Below are positions 1-16,811 of a stretch of 64,000 nt of DNA, in pieces. This DNA comes from Eledone cirrhosa (taxonomy: Eukaryota): positions 10,168,001-10,232,000 of the forward strand of contig OZ024755.1 of the NCBI GenBank assembly GCA_964016885.1, in the 5' to 3' direction. Made by a program: the position numbers and the translations under genes. Position 1 is the first letter of the stretch. Every line of letters begins with the position of its first letter. The notes below the pieces were generated by a model, which saw only the letters and a program-made list of their open reading frames with translations, was not told the origin of the DNA and did no database searches.

Positions 1-59
1 GTTTCTCAATGGTGACCTACCTGCGCAAGAAAAAAAAAAAATGAAAGACATTTACTTTA

Positions 60-225
60 ACAATTTTCAGCGATCGGTAGAAGGTCGGACGCCCCTCTAT
101 GGTCTGAGTTCAAATCCCGCCGAGGTTAACTTTGCCTTTCATTCTTAGGGGGTCGATAAAACAAAGTACCAGTAATGTACTGAGATAATTGCTGGCCTTC
201 TGCCAATAGTGGAAACAATTATTTG
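60..225 (+). mobile_element. tRNA-derived SINE with Deu/Nin-like central domain (dispersed family 1)
   Basis: B-box-like GAGTTCAAATCCC, then TTTGCCTTTCAT..GGGGTCGATAAAA..AAGTACCAGT. The same block recurs more than 10 times in the window. Confidence 0.7.
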
Positions 226-544
226 TGAGAGTACATGTATTGGTATCAAATCCGACATTCAGGGGGTATGAAAATATGAGCCGATTGTCAGATCAGAGCA
301 AAGAAACAATGTTTCCATTGCTCTCCGAAGGAGCCATTAAGGCTAAAGCGTGCATGTTGGACCTCCGTCGGTTACGACGACAAGTGTTTGAGTTGTTCGA
401 AAAGCTGTATAGCATTTGCGGAAAATTAACGTGCATGTGAGAGAGCATTCCACAGAAAGGTGCACCTTTAATGTAATTCTTAGGGAGATCCAACGTAAGA
501 CTGAATGACAAACCTGGGTTTTTTTTTTGTTACAAACACGACTT

Positions 545-670
545 ATTTTTTCAACAGAGTGCAGTGGAGCGACATGAAATAAATTGCCTTGCTCAAGGAC
601 ATAACACACCACATGGTTTAGATAACGAATTTACGACCTTATTACAGTAAATCCATAACCTCTAAACCAC
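545..670 (-). mobile_element. tRNA-derived SINE fragment (family 2, CCTTGAGCAAG motif)
   Basis: Reverse complement of GTGGTT...TGTCCTTGAGCAAG, shared with the copies at 40757, 46652, 50870 and 55853. Confidence 0.55.
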
Positions 671-1038
671 ATATTTTATATGAGGCCTGAACTATTGTCT
701 ACGGCAGGTACGCCATGGTCTACGGCAGGTACGCCATGGTCTACTGCACAACGTCGTATTATTTTCAGTTGTAACAATCTGAAATTTCTTTCTATCAGGT
801 AAACAAACAAACAAGTTATTGCTGACATTATTTAAGATATGATGCAATAAACCAACAGAAACACTGTATATACTTACGTAAATGTCAAATATTTAAAAAT
901 TATTTTTAAGGTTAAATTTAGGGGTCGACCATGACATGAATATTAATTTGAAGGGATGAAATTCAGATTACAACAAAATACATATCAAGCAGAAACCTAA
1001 ATGGACTAGATGAAACACACACACACAAATATATATAT

Positions 1039-1409
1039 CAGGGGCGGTGGAACTGGGTGGGCAGAGGGCCATGGGCCTCCCAATAATTATATTTCTCTCT
1101 CCAAACTAGCAAAACACATCTATTTGTATATGCGCCACAATTTATGTACATGTTATGTAGAGACAGATGGGAGAGATAGATATAGATAGAGAGGGGGAGA
1201 GTTTGGTGGTAATTGATATATAGAGGGGGCTTGGGAGGGAGTGTTGTATATTAGATATAGAGAGGGGCAGAGTTTGGTGTTATTTGATGTAGAGAGGGAG
1301 ATTAGAAGAGATATTTTCTCCCCAAACTACCAAAACACACATTTATTTGGATATGCGCTAAACTAATCACGACAAGTAAATTGTCCAAATCTGTCCCCCA
1401 CCGCTCCTG
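1039..1409. mobile_element. MITE (hAT-like TIRs) in TA/TG microsatellite
   Basis: TIRs CAGGGGCGGTGG / CCACCGCTCCTG (1 mismatch), with internal subrepeats. A TSD cannot be resolved in the microsatellite. Confidence 0.65.
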
Positions 1410-1417
1410 TATGTGTA

Positions 1418-3434
<2,017 letters not shown>

Positions 3435-3488
3435 TATATATATTTATATATATATATTTATATATATTTATATATATATATTTATATA

Positions 3489-3802
3489 ATTGGCTCACAG
3501 AGCAGAGTATGATATCACAAAAAGAAAGAGAATCAGTGTTGCGACGAATGGAATTTATTGGACATATTACAATCGTTTCTCTGGCAACCAGCTCGAGGCA
3601 CGATCGATGTGATGATCGAACCTGACTCTGAAAATCGCAAGGTCCTCAGATATGTCTTGATTCTACGAAGCAGATTTTCTTTGCGATTTTCAGAGTCAGG
3701 TTCGATCATCACATCGATCGTGCCTCGAGCTGGTCGCCAGAGAAACGATTGTAATATGTCTAATAAATTACATTCATCGCAACACTGATTCTCTTTCTTT
3801 TT

Positions 3803-3809
<7 letters not shown>
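3489..3809. mobile_element. Fold-back palindromic element in (TA)n, Penelope-pLTR-like
   Basis: Arms 3512-3640 / 3681-3809 (about 129 bp, about 4 mismatches) containing GAAAC-N4-GTA followed by AATAAA. TA tracts flank both sides. Confidence 0.65.
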
Positions 3810-3850
<41 letters not shown>

Positions 3851-3860
3851 TATATATATA

Positions 3861-4041
3861 ATTAGAAAGTGAACAACACAATATATAACTACTCCATTAC
3901 CAAAGGTTTCAGGACCCTGGACAATATTATTATACGTTTGGATTGTTCAAACCTTTGGTAATGAACTAGTTATATATTAAATACCTCTGTTCTATACATA
4001 GAGCATTCTTTTTTCCTTTGCTTTTTCTTCGGAATTACCTA

Positions 4042-4045
<4 letters not shown>
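3861..4045. mobile_element. Short fold-back element with hammerhead 3' half and bulged stem-loop tail
   Basis: Inverted arms at ~3880-3909 / 3948-3978. Minus strand reads GAAACC-TTT-GGTA; plus-strand tail CCTC-TGT..ACA-TA-GAGC at 3984-4004. Confidence 0.5.
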
Positions 4046-4085
<40 letters not shown>

Positions 4086-4183
4086 TGAATTACCAAACGG
4101 TCAAACTGTTGATATAATTATTCCCCACTTCCTAATTATGTGTTGATTGCTTTTTGTTTTTCGCTTGTACTCAAACTTGTGCT

Positions 4184-4425
4184 TGTATACATACATAGAT
4201 GCATACATACATAGATGTATACATACATAGATGCATACATACATAGATGTATACATACATAGATGCATACATACATAGATGCATACATACATAGATGCAT
4301 ACATACATAGATGTATACATATATAGATGCATACATACATAGATGTATACATACATAGATGCATACATACATAGATGTATACATACATAGATGCATACAT
4401 ACATAGATGCATACATACATAGATA
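4184..4425. repeat. 16-bp minisatellite (TACATACATAGATGYA)n
   Basis: About 15 direct tandem copies visible. Confidence 0.9.
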
Positions 4426-4681
4426 TATACATTCATACACATTCATATTTACACGCACGCATAAACACACAAATACACACACACGCACGCACATGCATGC
4501 TTACACATGCATGCACACACACATATATATAAACACACACATATACACACACACACATATATATATAGTACCTGCTATTTGGCAGCTACAACTTCGATTT
4601 ATACCTAATATAATATATATATATATATATAGTTAATAAATGAAAAACACGAAGCACTGGAGGCAATTTTTATATTAGGTT

Positions 4682-4713
<32 letters not shown>

Positions 4714-5538
4714 TACATATATATATATATATACACACATATATATATATTCATATGTATGATAATGATAAACGACGGTAACAGAAAAATAAAATAGGTT
4801 TGTCGTTTGTAACAATTACACCATATGCAAACGCGATTTACGTTGCTTACGTGATCTGTTTAAATAGTTAAGACGCAGAAAGAAAATTGCGTAGTTTCAA
4901 TAAAGAATCAAACACTGTGATAAGCGAGAAAATGACAGACTCTGCATGTGGTCTTTTGACCTGCTAGAAATAGCAGCTAAATTCCTCTTTAACTCGCATA
5001 TCCAACAGTTTAGATATGAAGGTGTGTAGCCTAATGATTAGACTGTTCTGTTCACGATCGTGAGGTCATGAGATCCATTACTAGTGGCGCTTTATGTCCT
5101 TGGGTAAGAGACTTTATTTTCAGTTTGAGGCAGGCTCGTCGACTCTGCCCGTCCGACAGGGAAATCTCCCACCCACTTTGGGGTAGGTGAGGGTTGTCTT
5201 CTCTTGTGAAAATAGGTATAGCTTTCATTATATAAAATCTTCCCATTTTGCCTGATTTCTCCACATTTTGGGGCACTCTTTTTCATGGGGCACTTGTTTT
5301 TTTTTTGGGGGGGGGGGGTTTAGAGGTTGGCAGGTCTGGTTGCAGGTGACAAAAATGAGATGTACCTGTAATTAAAGGTTCAGCTTTGTCACGCACTGTG
5401 TCACGCTGAATTTCCGTGAGAACTACGTTAAGAGTACTCGTGTCAGTATAATGCTAAGTCACTTGTACTTTAATTTCCCCGAGAAGGCTGCTCTGTTGAT
5501 CAAACAACTGAAACATTCGTAGTCAGAATCGACGAAGG

Positions 5539-5585
<47 letters not shown>

Positions 5586-5799
5586 ACGGAAAAAAAATGA
5601 AGTCGTTGTTGCAACATGTTTAGGAAGGAGGGTCATTTCTGCCCACATGGTTCCGGGTTGTAGCTTCTGGATTCCGGGTTCGTTCTCACAATACGGCATT
5701 GTAAGCATGTGTCACCTCCTGTTGAGTTGATATGCCTTGTGCGTAAAATTTCGTTGATGATGACAGTGCAGTATCTTGTCCTTTATGTGTATTATGCAT

Positions 5800-5804
5800 G
5801 CATA

Positions 5805-5840
<36 letters not shown>

Positions 5841-5869
5841 CACAATCACACACACACATATATAGGCAA

Positions 5870-5906
<37 letters not shown>

Positions 5907-6095
5907 ATCACACACACGTATATATAGACACGTATATATATACACACACATATATATATACATATACACACACACACACATATATATAGACATATATATA
6001 TATATACACACACATATATATATACATACACACACACACACACACATATATAGACATATATATATATATATACACACACTCATATATATAGAGAC

Positions 6096-6134
<39 letters not shown>

Positions 6135-6179
6135 TATATATATAGACATATATATATATATACACTCATATATATAGAC

Positions 6180-6218
<39 letters not shown>

Positions 6219-6227
6219 TATATATAG

Positions 6228-6272
<45 letters not shown>

Positions 6273-6411
6273 TATATATATAGACACATATATATATATA
6301 CACACACACACACATATATATAGACACATATATATATACACACACACATATATATATAGACACATATATATATACACACACACACACATATATATAGACA
6401 CATATATATAT

Positions 6412-6444
<33 letters not shown>

Positions 6445-6480
6445 CATACACACACATATATATATATATATATACACATA
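5800..6480. repeat. Compound (TA)n/(CA)n microsatellite
   Basis: Seen directly. Confidence 0.95.
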
Positions 6481-6519
6481 TTTATTATAAGAACTTATTA
6501 AAGTTTAAGCAAAGAATAT

Positions 6520-6720
6520 AGCTATGAAACACGATATTTTTGTCAAAATTTGCAATACATCAATAACTAAATCATTTTCCTTTTGTATGGGTGTCACCTC
6601 TGTTTTAGATGTCACGATAGATCGATACTGAAATCTCAGCATCGATCTATGTAGAGGTTTACATTCATGTACTTTAATTTTCATTTAAATTCTTTGCAAG
6701 CAGGTGCTTGAGGTCCCCAA
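6520..6720. repeat. Dispersed repeat, second copy at ~24750-24925
   Basis: Shared GCTATGAAA..CACCTCTGTTTTAGA..GATCGAT.CT.AAATCTCAG.ATCGAT block. Confidence 0.6.
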
Positions 6721-8134
6721 TGTTCTCTTGCCCAGGAACCCTATTTGCTTTAACTCGGCCCTTTAAATGTTTAAATGGGTAAATCATAAAAAAAAATGTT
6801 CATGTGAGCTTCAGCTTAGTCGAATTTTTGTTGTTGTGGCTGTGTATTCCTAAGTCAGTCATAATCAAGCAAAGCTTATTTACATTAATGTTCTCGTTAT
6901 CTTGGTGCGCAGTCTTGGGGATTTAATTCGCTAGATTTCATCTGAAATCTACATCGATTAACTATTCATATTAAACATGTTCTCATAGATGCAATGACCA
7001 AACGAATATAATATCTAAATCCTGGCGTTTCAAAGTGACAATATGGGTTATTATCATTAGCTCCTTTCGCTCAAGATGTTATGCCTACTTGCAGAATTAG
7101 TATTTATAGCGAATACAGCAATTTTCAACAGACCAGATATTGATTAATAGAATGAACAATGCTTTTATAAATATACATTTCTTAATATCATTAGATCTGT
7201 AGTTGTAACGTCCATTGTTTAATCACAACACATGATCTCATAACATATTTTAGTTAATGGCCTCTATGATCAAATCACAGAGGCTGTTTAGTTTATAATA
7301 TCTATTGCACGTTTGATCATCTGTTGCAGTAGAATATCACGTTTGTAATTATTATACTCGTAGTGCCAATGGACTTACACTTTATCACAATATATCTTCT
7401 TCCAATTCATTAGACATATCTATGATAATAACATTTGTCTCTTTTACATCTATTGCGTTCATTATACATCTATTGTTTACATTACGTTACATATGTGGTC
7501 AGAACATCTGTTGTTTGCAACACATCTCGTCTGCTATCATAATATATATATATATTGATTCCAACACGGTACATCTGTGATCAGAACATGATGCTTCTAT
7601 TAGGTTATATTTATGATCATAGCATACGTTGCTTCCAACATTACATCTGTGATTAGAACATCTGTTGCTTCCATCATGCTACATCTGTGATCAGAACATC
7701 TGTTTCTTCCATCACATCAAATAGGCAGAGTCATTAGAACGTCGCATTATGTGTGTTGCAGAATTGGTTTCAGCTTGCCGTGACAAGCTGAAACCGCTCG
7801 AGATCGCTGTCAAATCTCTCCCTCATTAATATATATCTACATATGTGTGTCACGTAAACAATCGCTAATATTCAAACACATAAACAGACGCACAAACACA
7901 CACATATATATATGTATATATATAGTTGCTAGTTTTACTCCATTTACACAACAAACATGTATACAGTTGTTGCCAATTGGAAGTAGCAAAGTAAATCGAT
8001 AATTTATCATTTTGTCAGTAAAAAGAAAATGAATTCAAGTCCTGTGTGTGAGGAAGTGTGTGCTTATGAACGAGTATGTGTTAGTGCACGTGTGGGTGTA
8101 CATATATGTACATGCATGTGTTGTGTGTGATCCA

Positions 8135-8700
<566 letters not shown>

Positions 8701-8947
8701 CTAAACCTATCTGAGTCAGCCTTTGTTTTGTAGGAAATTGAACTTGAAGTACGTGACTAAACCCTCCCAGTTTTCATGCCGCCTTCCTGAGAATGGTTTA
8801 CATCATAACATCATATAGGGAGAGTAGACAGCAAGGGGACAGCACGAATAATAGAATAGTAGAATTACATAGAGGAATTGAGGAATGGAGGAATAGGGGA
8901 ATACTTTCAAATGGGAGAGAGGGGTAAGACAGAGAGAGAGAGAGAGA

Positions 8948-8994
<47 letters not shown>

Positions 8995-9253
8995 CGGGGG
9001 AAATGGGAGAAGATAGAAGGAGGAGAGAGAATGAATAAGAATGAAAGAAAGGAAGAAAGGAAGCACGAGAATGATTTTATATTTTATGTATATGTTTAAG
9101 TATATATAGCTGGATGCCGATGCATACGCATATTTGTACATATGCATATATATATGTATATTCATATATACGTGTGTGTGTGGGGGGGTCTGTGCGTGTG
9201 TGTATATATATATACATACATATATGATATATACATACATATATATATATATT

Positions 9254-9332
9254 TAGGTTCTTATATATTTGATATATATTTATCCTTATCGAGCCCTCTT
9301 TGGATTTTAGTCTTCAAATATATTATTATTAC
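9254..9332 (+). mobile_element. Family B PLE-like mini element, 3' tail only
   Basis: TTCTTATATATTTGATA..TATCGAGCCCTCTTTGGATTTTAGTCTTCA, shared with 19214, 25351 and 31250. Lies inside a TA tract. Confidence 0.6.
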
Positions 9333-9914
9333 TATATATATATATATATACATAAGATATATACACATACATTTATGATATATACATATATATATATATA
9401 TATGATATATGTATATATACACATTCACCCATATATATATATGATATATATACATATATATATATACACATTCACCTATACATACATGTATGCATGCATA
9501 CATACATAACATATGTATATATGTGTGTGTGTGTGCATGTGTTGTCTGCGCGTTTGTGTGTATAGGTGTATAGTATAGGAGTATGTGTGCAGATTGCAAG
9601 TATTTGTGTTCAATATCAATCACTATTTACATATGTCAGAGAGAAGGAAGCCAATGTCGCCAATAAAGCAAAATACATTGGTTAATAATGGGGTGGGGTG
9701 CCCTTCTACTAATGTTTGGAAGCTAGGAGAGACAGGCTGGCGAATGTGGGCAATACTTGGGCAATACTTGGGCAATACTTGGGCAATACCAGTTTTGCTG
9801 CTGGGCTGGATAATTAAAGACCACAAAAAGAAAGAAAAGAAAAGGAAAACGCAGTTGAAAAGAAATGTTATATCTGCTGCATACAGATTGAATCAAGGAA
9901 TAAAAACACACCTG

Positions 9915-10400
9915 TGACCTTCAGTAGTTATCAGCCTGTTAGTCAGTGTCACCCTAGCTGAGCAATGAAACACACACCTCTAGCAATGGGGCAATCATTA
10001 GTTTGTTAGTCAGTGTCACATTTAGTTAAGCAATGAAAACACACCTCTGGCTCTCAGCAGCCATGTTTGTCAATCAGTGTCACCTTAGCGGAGCAATGAA
10101 AACACACGTCTGGCTCTCAGTAGATTGTCAGTCAGTGTCACCTTAGCGGAGCAGTGAAAACACACCTCAGAACCTCAACAGTCTGTTAGTCAGTGTCACC
10201 TTAGTGGAGCAATGAAAACACACCTCTAGCCCTCAGTAGTCTGTTAGTCAATGTCATTTAACTTGAGCCTTGAACATACACTTCTGGCGCTTAGCAGCCA
10301 GCTGTTTGGTAGTCAGTGTCACCTTAACTGAGCAGTAAAAAAAAAAAAAACGCTTCCCTCCCCTGTGGCCCCAGCTGTCTGTTAACCAATGTCACCCAGT
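9915..10400. repeat. Degenerate ~60-bp minisatellite (about 8 copies)
   Basis: Recurring GTTAGTCAGTGTCACCTTAG..GAGCAATGAAAACACACCTC. Confidence 0.8.
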
Positions 10401-11091
10401 TTTAAGACCCACTCCTATTCTGGAAGCCATATTGTGAATCCAACATGACAGATTTGTTTCCCATTGTAAAAGATTCACTTCAAAGAAATTAACAATTTTC
10501 AACATTGGCGTAGGTATGGTTGTGTTGTTAAAGAGGTTGCTTTGCAACCTCGTGGTTTTCGGATTCAGTCCCCCTGGGTGATACATTGGATAAATGACTT
10601 TTATTATAGACTCGGCTTAACTTCAGCAGGGAATCGAAACCGCGTACGCCAAACGAGATTTCGTCTTCAGGGGAAGAAAGAAAAGGTGTGGATGTGAGGT
10701 TTTATGAATATAACCGCCCACATACAATTAAATAATTACAACAACAACAACAACAACTCAAATAGCAATAGTAAGTTAAGGTGTGGCCTGTTTGGCTTGT
10801 TTCTTGTTTTTTTTGTTGTTGTTTTTATTTTTGGCTCGGAATGTCTTGTGATCACGTGATCGTTGACGTCAGACACCGATTTACAAACAACCGGCTGAAC
10901 GTAAACAAAACAACAATGAAAACAACCTAAAAAACCCAAACAATATAAAAAGAATAAGAAAAATATAAAGACAAATAAAAACAAAAGAAAATAGCCATAA
11001 ATAAATAAATAAATAAAAAGCAGTTTCATTCAAATATATTCAAATTGAAGTGGGAGAAAATACCAGTACAACTCTCCCCCCTCTTTCAATA

Positions 11092-11138
<47 letters not shown>

Positions 11139-11298
11139 ATGTATATATATATGTGTGTATGCATATATATATATATATTCACTTTTTGTTTACTCTGTTT
11201 TATACTCTCGCATTTAACCTTGGTTCCTTTGGTTTCACTTCTTTCTGTGTCGTCTTCACCTATCTATCTATCTATCTATCTGTTTATCTATCTATGTA

Positions 11299-11338
<40 letters not shown>

Positions 11339-12031
11339 GTACATGACAGAACGACTATGTCTCTTTACACCGCCTGCAGAGTAATATAGTTCTCGAAACA
11401 GAACGTTCTGTCGACAAAGACAAGCAACAACGTTACATCACACATATTTCCTTTATATTGTCTATCAGATCAACTTATTCATTCTTTCACTCCATAAAAT
11501 TTGTTTCGCAACCTCAAACGAGAAAATAATTTTATGAATATCTATGGACCACATTTGGTGAAGAATATTTCACGAAGACTAATTATTGTATACCTCTGGA
11601 GTGTGTATCTGTCTTTATTATAGAGTATGTATATATATATATATATATATATAATATGTTGTATTTGCTCTGTTATTATGTGTCACTTCTTTTCTTCTTT
11701 TTCTAAACAACATCTTTTCTATATTTTTTATTCTATGACATAAACAATTTGAGCTGAAAATATTATTAGTTGCCAATTAATATTCTTTGTGGTTAACTCT
11801 CTCTCGCTCTCATATATATATAATATATATATATATATAATATATATATATTATATATATATATACACATATTCACTCACATATATATGTGTGTGTATGT
11901 ATATGTATATATATATATATATATATACATATATACATATGCATATACATCTTATATAACATATATAATATAATATATACGTATATATACATATATACAT
12001 ATACATATTATATAACATATATAATATATAC

Positions 12032-12101
<70 letters not shown>

Positions 12102-12904
12102 GTGAATATGTGTGTATTTGTGTCTCTACTTCTGCGTATGGACGTGTGTGTATATTTGCATATGTTGTGTCTATGAAAGATAAATATTCTTTCAACTGAC
12201 ATTGTATCTATCACACAATGATATATAATATATGAATCTTCTAATACATATTTAATTTTAAAGAAAAATCTTCATACTGGCGTAAGATACCTGTAATTAA
12301 TGGCGAAAAGAAAACTGAAAGTTATGGCGTTGATATATTTCTGAAAGCAAACCTTCTAATTAACTAAACCAAATGATAAGTAGATGTTTTATTGCAGACA
12401 AGATGTGTCTTTCAACTACTTATTGACTCAACTCAGAAATAAATATACTTCAACATATCATGTAGCTTACTACGTAGGAATATATTACACCTGAAACATG
12501 TAGATGATGTATACAAGAATTTGCAGAATAAGATCTTGCTAAGCAATACATTAAAATGCAGCGAATTGGCAGAAGCGTTAGGGCGTCAACCTACATTTTT
12601 TGTGGTATTGATCTCGCTTCGCTGCGTTCTGAGTTTAAATCCTTCCTGGGTCGACTCTGCCTTTCATCATTCTGAGATCAATAATTAAAGTATCAGTTCA
12701 CGGGGAAGGGGTAGGATTGGCAGAACTGTTCACGAGTTGGACGGGATATTTTGTGGTATCTGATTCTGCTCTGAGCGCCCTGTGTGTTCAAAGTTCATAT
12801 CTTGCCTCCTTCTGTCAAGGGTTGCATCTGGAAAGTAATATCAGCTTGAAATAGAAGTATCGACTCATTGCAGTAAAGCGTCCGTAGAAAAAAATTATGA
12901 TGAA

Positions 12905-13150
12905 ATCAAGACTTCGTCGTCGCTTCAAGTCTTCGTCTAGACTTAATCAAGGCTTAGCCAGGTTTTCTTCAGGTCTACATCAAAGCTTGGTCAAAGCTTC
13001 GTCAAGGTTTGATCAATGTTTGATCAAGGTTTGATCAAGGTTTGGTCAAGGTTTGATCTAGTCTTCGTCATGGCTTAGTCTAGGCATAGTCAGGTTTTCT
13101 TCGTGTCTACACCGAGGCTTGGTCAATGTTTGGTTAAGGCTTGATCAAAA
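12905..13150. repeat. Degenerate 11-bp tandem repeat (AAGGTTTGATC)
   Basis: Seen directly. Confidence 0.7.
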
Positions 13151-13379
13151 GATAGGATTATCAGGGTTAGGATTTCTTTGTCGTGTGGTGACCTGAATCT
13201 AAACAAATCTACGTAGTTCCAATTGTAGTCTGTTTAGATAAGTCGCACATTCTTCCAAGAAAACACACGCACATGCACACACACACACGCGTACACACAA
13301 ACACCTACATGTATACACACACAAAACATCTGCATACACACATATTCATGCACATACATATATATACATACGCCCCGCC

Positions 13380-13413
<34 letters not shown>

Positions 13414-13494
13414 ATATTTATATATATGGTGCTCAAATGGTGCAGAAATGGTGCACCAGTCATGATTTTACCAACTGAAAGACCAGAATAGACT

Positions 13495-13680
13495 AGAAAT
13501 AATTGTTTCTACTTTTGGCACAAGGCCAGCAATTATCCAGTACATTACTGGTACTTTATTTTATCGACCCCGTAAGGATGAAAGGTAAAGTTAACCTCGG
13601 CGGGATTTGAACTCAGAATGGCAAGGGCCTTAACTCTATACGTCAAAGCATGGCGTCCGACCCTCTACCGATACTGTAGA
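13495..13680 (-). mobile_element. Family 1 SINE
   Basis: Reverse complement of the family 1 block: CTGGTACTTTATTTTATCGACCCC..CCTCGGCGGGATTTGAACTCAG. Confidence 0.7.
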
Positions 13681-13729
13681 AATAATATCGAAGTTCGTCA
13701 TGGCACTAACAACAATAAACTAGAAATAA

Positions 13730-13749
13730 GACAAGATAACGCGCAGCAG

Positions 13750-13781
<32 letters not shown>

Positions 13782-16475
13782 GCAACGTTGACGTCGACGA
13801 TGAGGACAACAACCAAGGCCCACACCACCACCACCTCCACCACCACCACTCTCACGACGTATATAAAAGAACATCCCCAACATATTCTAGGTACCACCCT
13901 TCTCCAGAATTACATTCAAATATCAACATCAATATCGTGGTTATAATATGCCACCTCCACTAAAAGAAATGTCACTGGCACCACCACCACCACCACCACC
14001 ACAACCATCCACCGCCACCACCACCACCACAACCATCCACCGCTACCACCACCACCACCACCACCACCATCCACCGCTACCAACACCAACACTACTACCA
14101 AAAAACTCTACCGTCACTACCATCACCATCACCACTATCGCCACCGCCGCCACCACTACCGCCGCCACCACTACCATCCACCGCTACCAACCAACACCAC
14201 CACTACCGCCATCTCCACTACCACCACCACTACTATCAACACCAGCACCACCAGCATCACTACTACCAACACTAACACCAGCACCACCAATACTACCAAC
14301 ACCAGCACCACCAGCATCACTACTACCAACACTAACACCAGCACCACCAATACTACCAACACCAGCACCACCAGCATCAGCACTACTACCAACACTAGCA
14401 CCAGCAGCACCACCACCAATACTACCAGCACCACCAGCATCACTCTAACCAGCATCAGCACTACTACCAATACTAGCACCAGCAGCACCACCACCATTTT
14501 AACCAGCACCCCACCAGCCCAACGACCACCAACACCCCAACTAATGTTGCAAGAAACCAGCAGGCAACCGACAGCCATAACAAGAACAACAACAGCAACA
14601 ACATCAGCACTAGCAGCAGTAGCAACAGGAACATCAGCAGCAACACCAGGAACAGCCAGAAGAGAGATAGAGGAAACGATGGTTATATAACAGACATAGT
14701 GTTATGTAACAGTAGGAGTACAGCTGTACTGAGGATTGTGGTGCACCTAACAACCTGCAGCAGCAGCAGCAACAACACTAACAACACAACCACTAGCAAT
14801 ACCACTAATACTACCAACAACACAACCACTAGCAATACAACCACTACCAACAACAACACAACCACTAGCAATACAACCACTAACAACAACAACACTAACA
14901 ACACAACCAATAACAATACAACCACTAACAACAACAACCACTAGCAATACAACCACTACCAACAACAACACAACCACTAACAACACAACCACTAGCAATA
15001 CAACCACTACCAACAACAACACAACCACTAACAACACAACCACTAGCAATACAACCACTACCAACAACAACACAACCACTAACAACACAACCACTAGCAA
15101 TATAACCACTAACAACAACAACAACACAACCACTAGCAATATAACCACTAACAACAACAACACAACCACTAGCAATACCACCACTAACAACAACAACACT
15201 AACAACAAAACCACTAGCAACAACAACAACAATACAACCACTAACAACAACAACAACAATACAACCACTAACAACAACAACATTAACAACACAACCAATA
15301 ACAATACAACCACTAACAACAACAACAACACAACCACTAGCAATACCACCACTAACAACAACAACACAACCACTAGCAATACCACCACTAACAACAACAA
15401 CACTAACAACAAAACCACTAGCAACAACAACAACAATACAACCACTAACAACAACAACATTAACAACACAACCAATAACAATACAACCACTAACAACAAC
15501 AACAACAACACAACCACTAGCAATACAACCACTAACAACAACAACCACTAGCAATACAACCACTAACAACAACACAACCACTAACAACAACAACACTAAC
15601 AACACAACCGCTAGCAATACAACCACTAACAACAACAACACAGCCACTAACAACAACAACAACACTAACAACACAACCGCTAGCAATACAACCACTAACA
15701 ACAACACCACCACCACTACCACCATCAACACCATCAACACCACTACCACCATCAACACCACCACCACTACCACCATCACCACCAACACCACCACCACCAA
15801 CACCAACACCAACACCACCACCACCATCAACACCACCACCACCACCACCACCATCAACACCACCACCACTACCACCATCACCACCAACACCACCACCACC
15901 AACACCACCACCAACACCAACACCACCATCAACACCACCACCACTACCACCATCACCACCACCACCAACACCACCACCACCACCAACACCACCACCAACA
16001 CCACCACCACCACCACCACCATCAACACCACCACCACCATCAACACCACCACCACTACCACCATCAACACCAACACCAACACCACTACCACCATCACCAC
16101 CATCACCACCATCACCACCACTACCACCATCAACACCACCACCATCAACACCACCACCACCACCACCACCACTAACAACAGACAGGAAACGATATATTGT
16201 AGAACGACAGGATTGCAGCTGTATTGAGTGTTGTGTTGCACTTAACAACCTGCAACAACAATAACAACAACAAATGCTATGTCACAACTGTTGCAGCAGG
16301 ACATATTGTAGCAACAGATGTCTGTAGCAATAATACCACTAACAGATGTAGCAGCAGCAGTAGTAGAGGCAGCAGCAATAATAATAGTAGTAGTAGTAGT
16401 AGAGGTAGCAGTAGTAGTAGCAGTAGTGGTAGTAGTAACAATATTAGTAGTAGTAGTAGTAGTAGTAGTAGCAAC

Positions 16476-16507
<32 letters not shown>

Positions 16508-16769
16508 CAACAGTAGTAGTAGTAGTAGTAGTAGTAGCAGTAGCAGCAGCAATAGTAGTAGTAGCAGCAGTAGTAGCAATAGTAGTAGTAGTAGTAGTAG
16601 TAGCAGCAACTTTAGCAACAGCTGTAGTAGTAGCAGTAGTAGTAGTAGTAGCAGTAGCAGCAGCAATAGTAGTAGTAGCAGTAGTAGCAATAGTAGTAGT
16701 AGTAATTGTAGCAGCAACTTTAGCAACAGCTGTAGTAGTAGCAGTAGTAGTAGTAGTAGCTGTACTGGC

Positions 16770-16800
<31 letters not shown>

Positions 16801-16805
16801 ACAGC
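13730..16805. repeat. Large compound trinucleotide array (ACC/AAC/AGC/AGT)
   Basis: Seen directly. It is the source of the poly-V/L/T/G/S ORFs. Confidence 0.9.
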
Positions 16806-16811
16806 AATTTG

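Noticed and set aside
16185-16235. Hammerhead 3' half plus TATTGAGT tail motif
   Set aside because: No core, no stem I and no upstream ACTC partner; likely chance.
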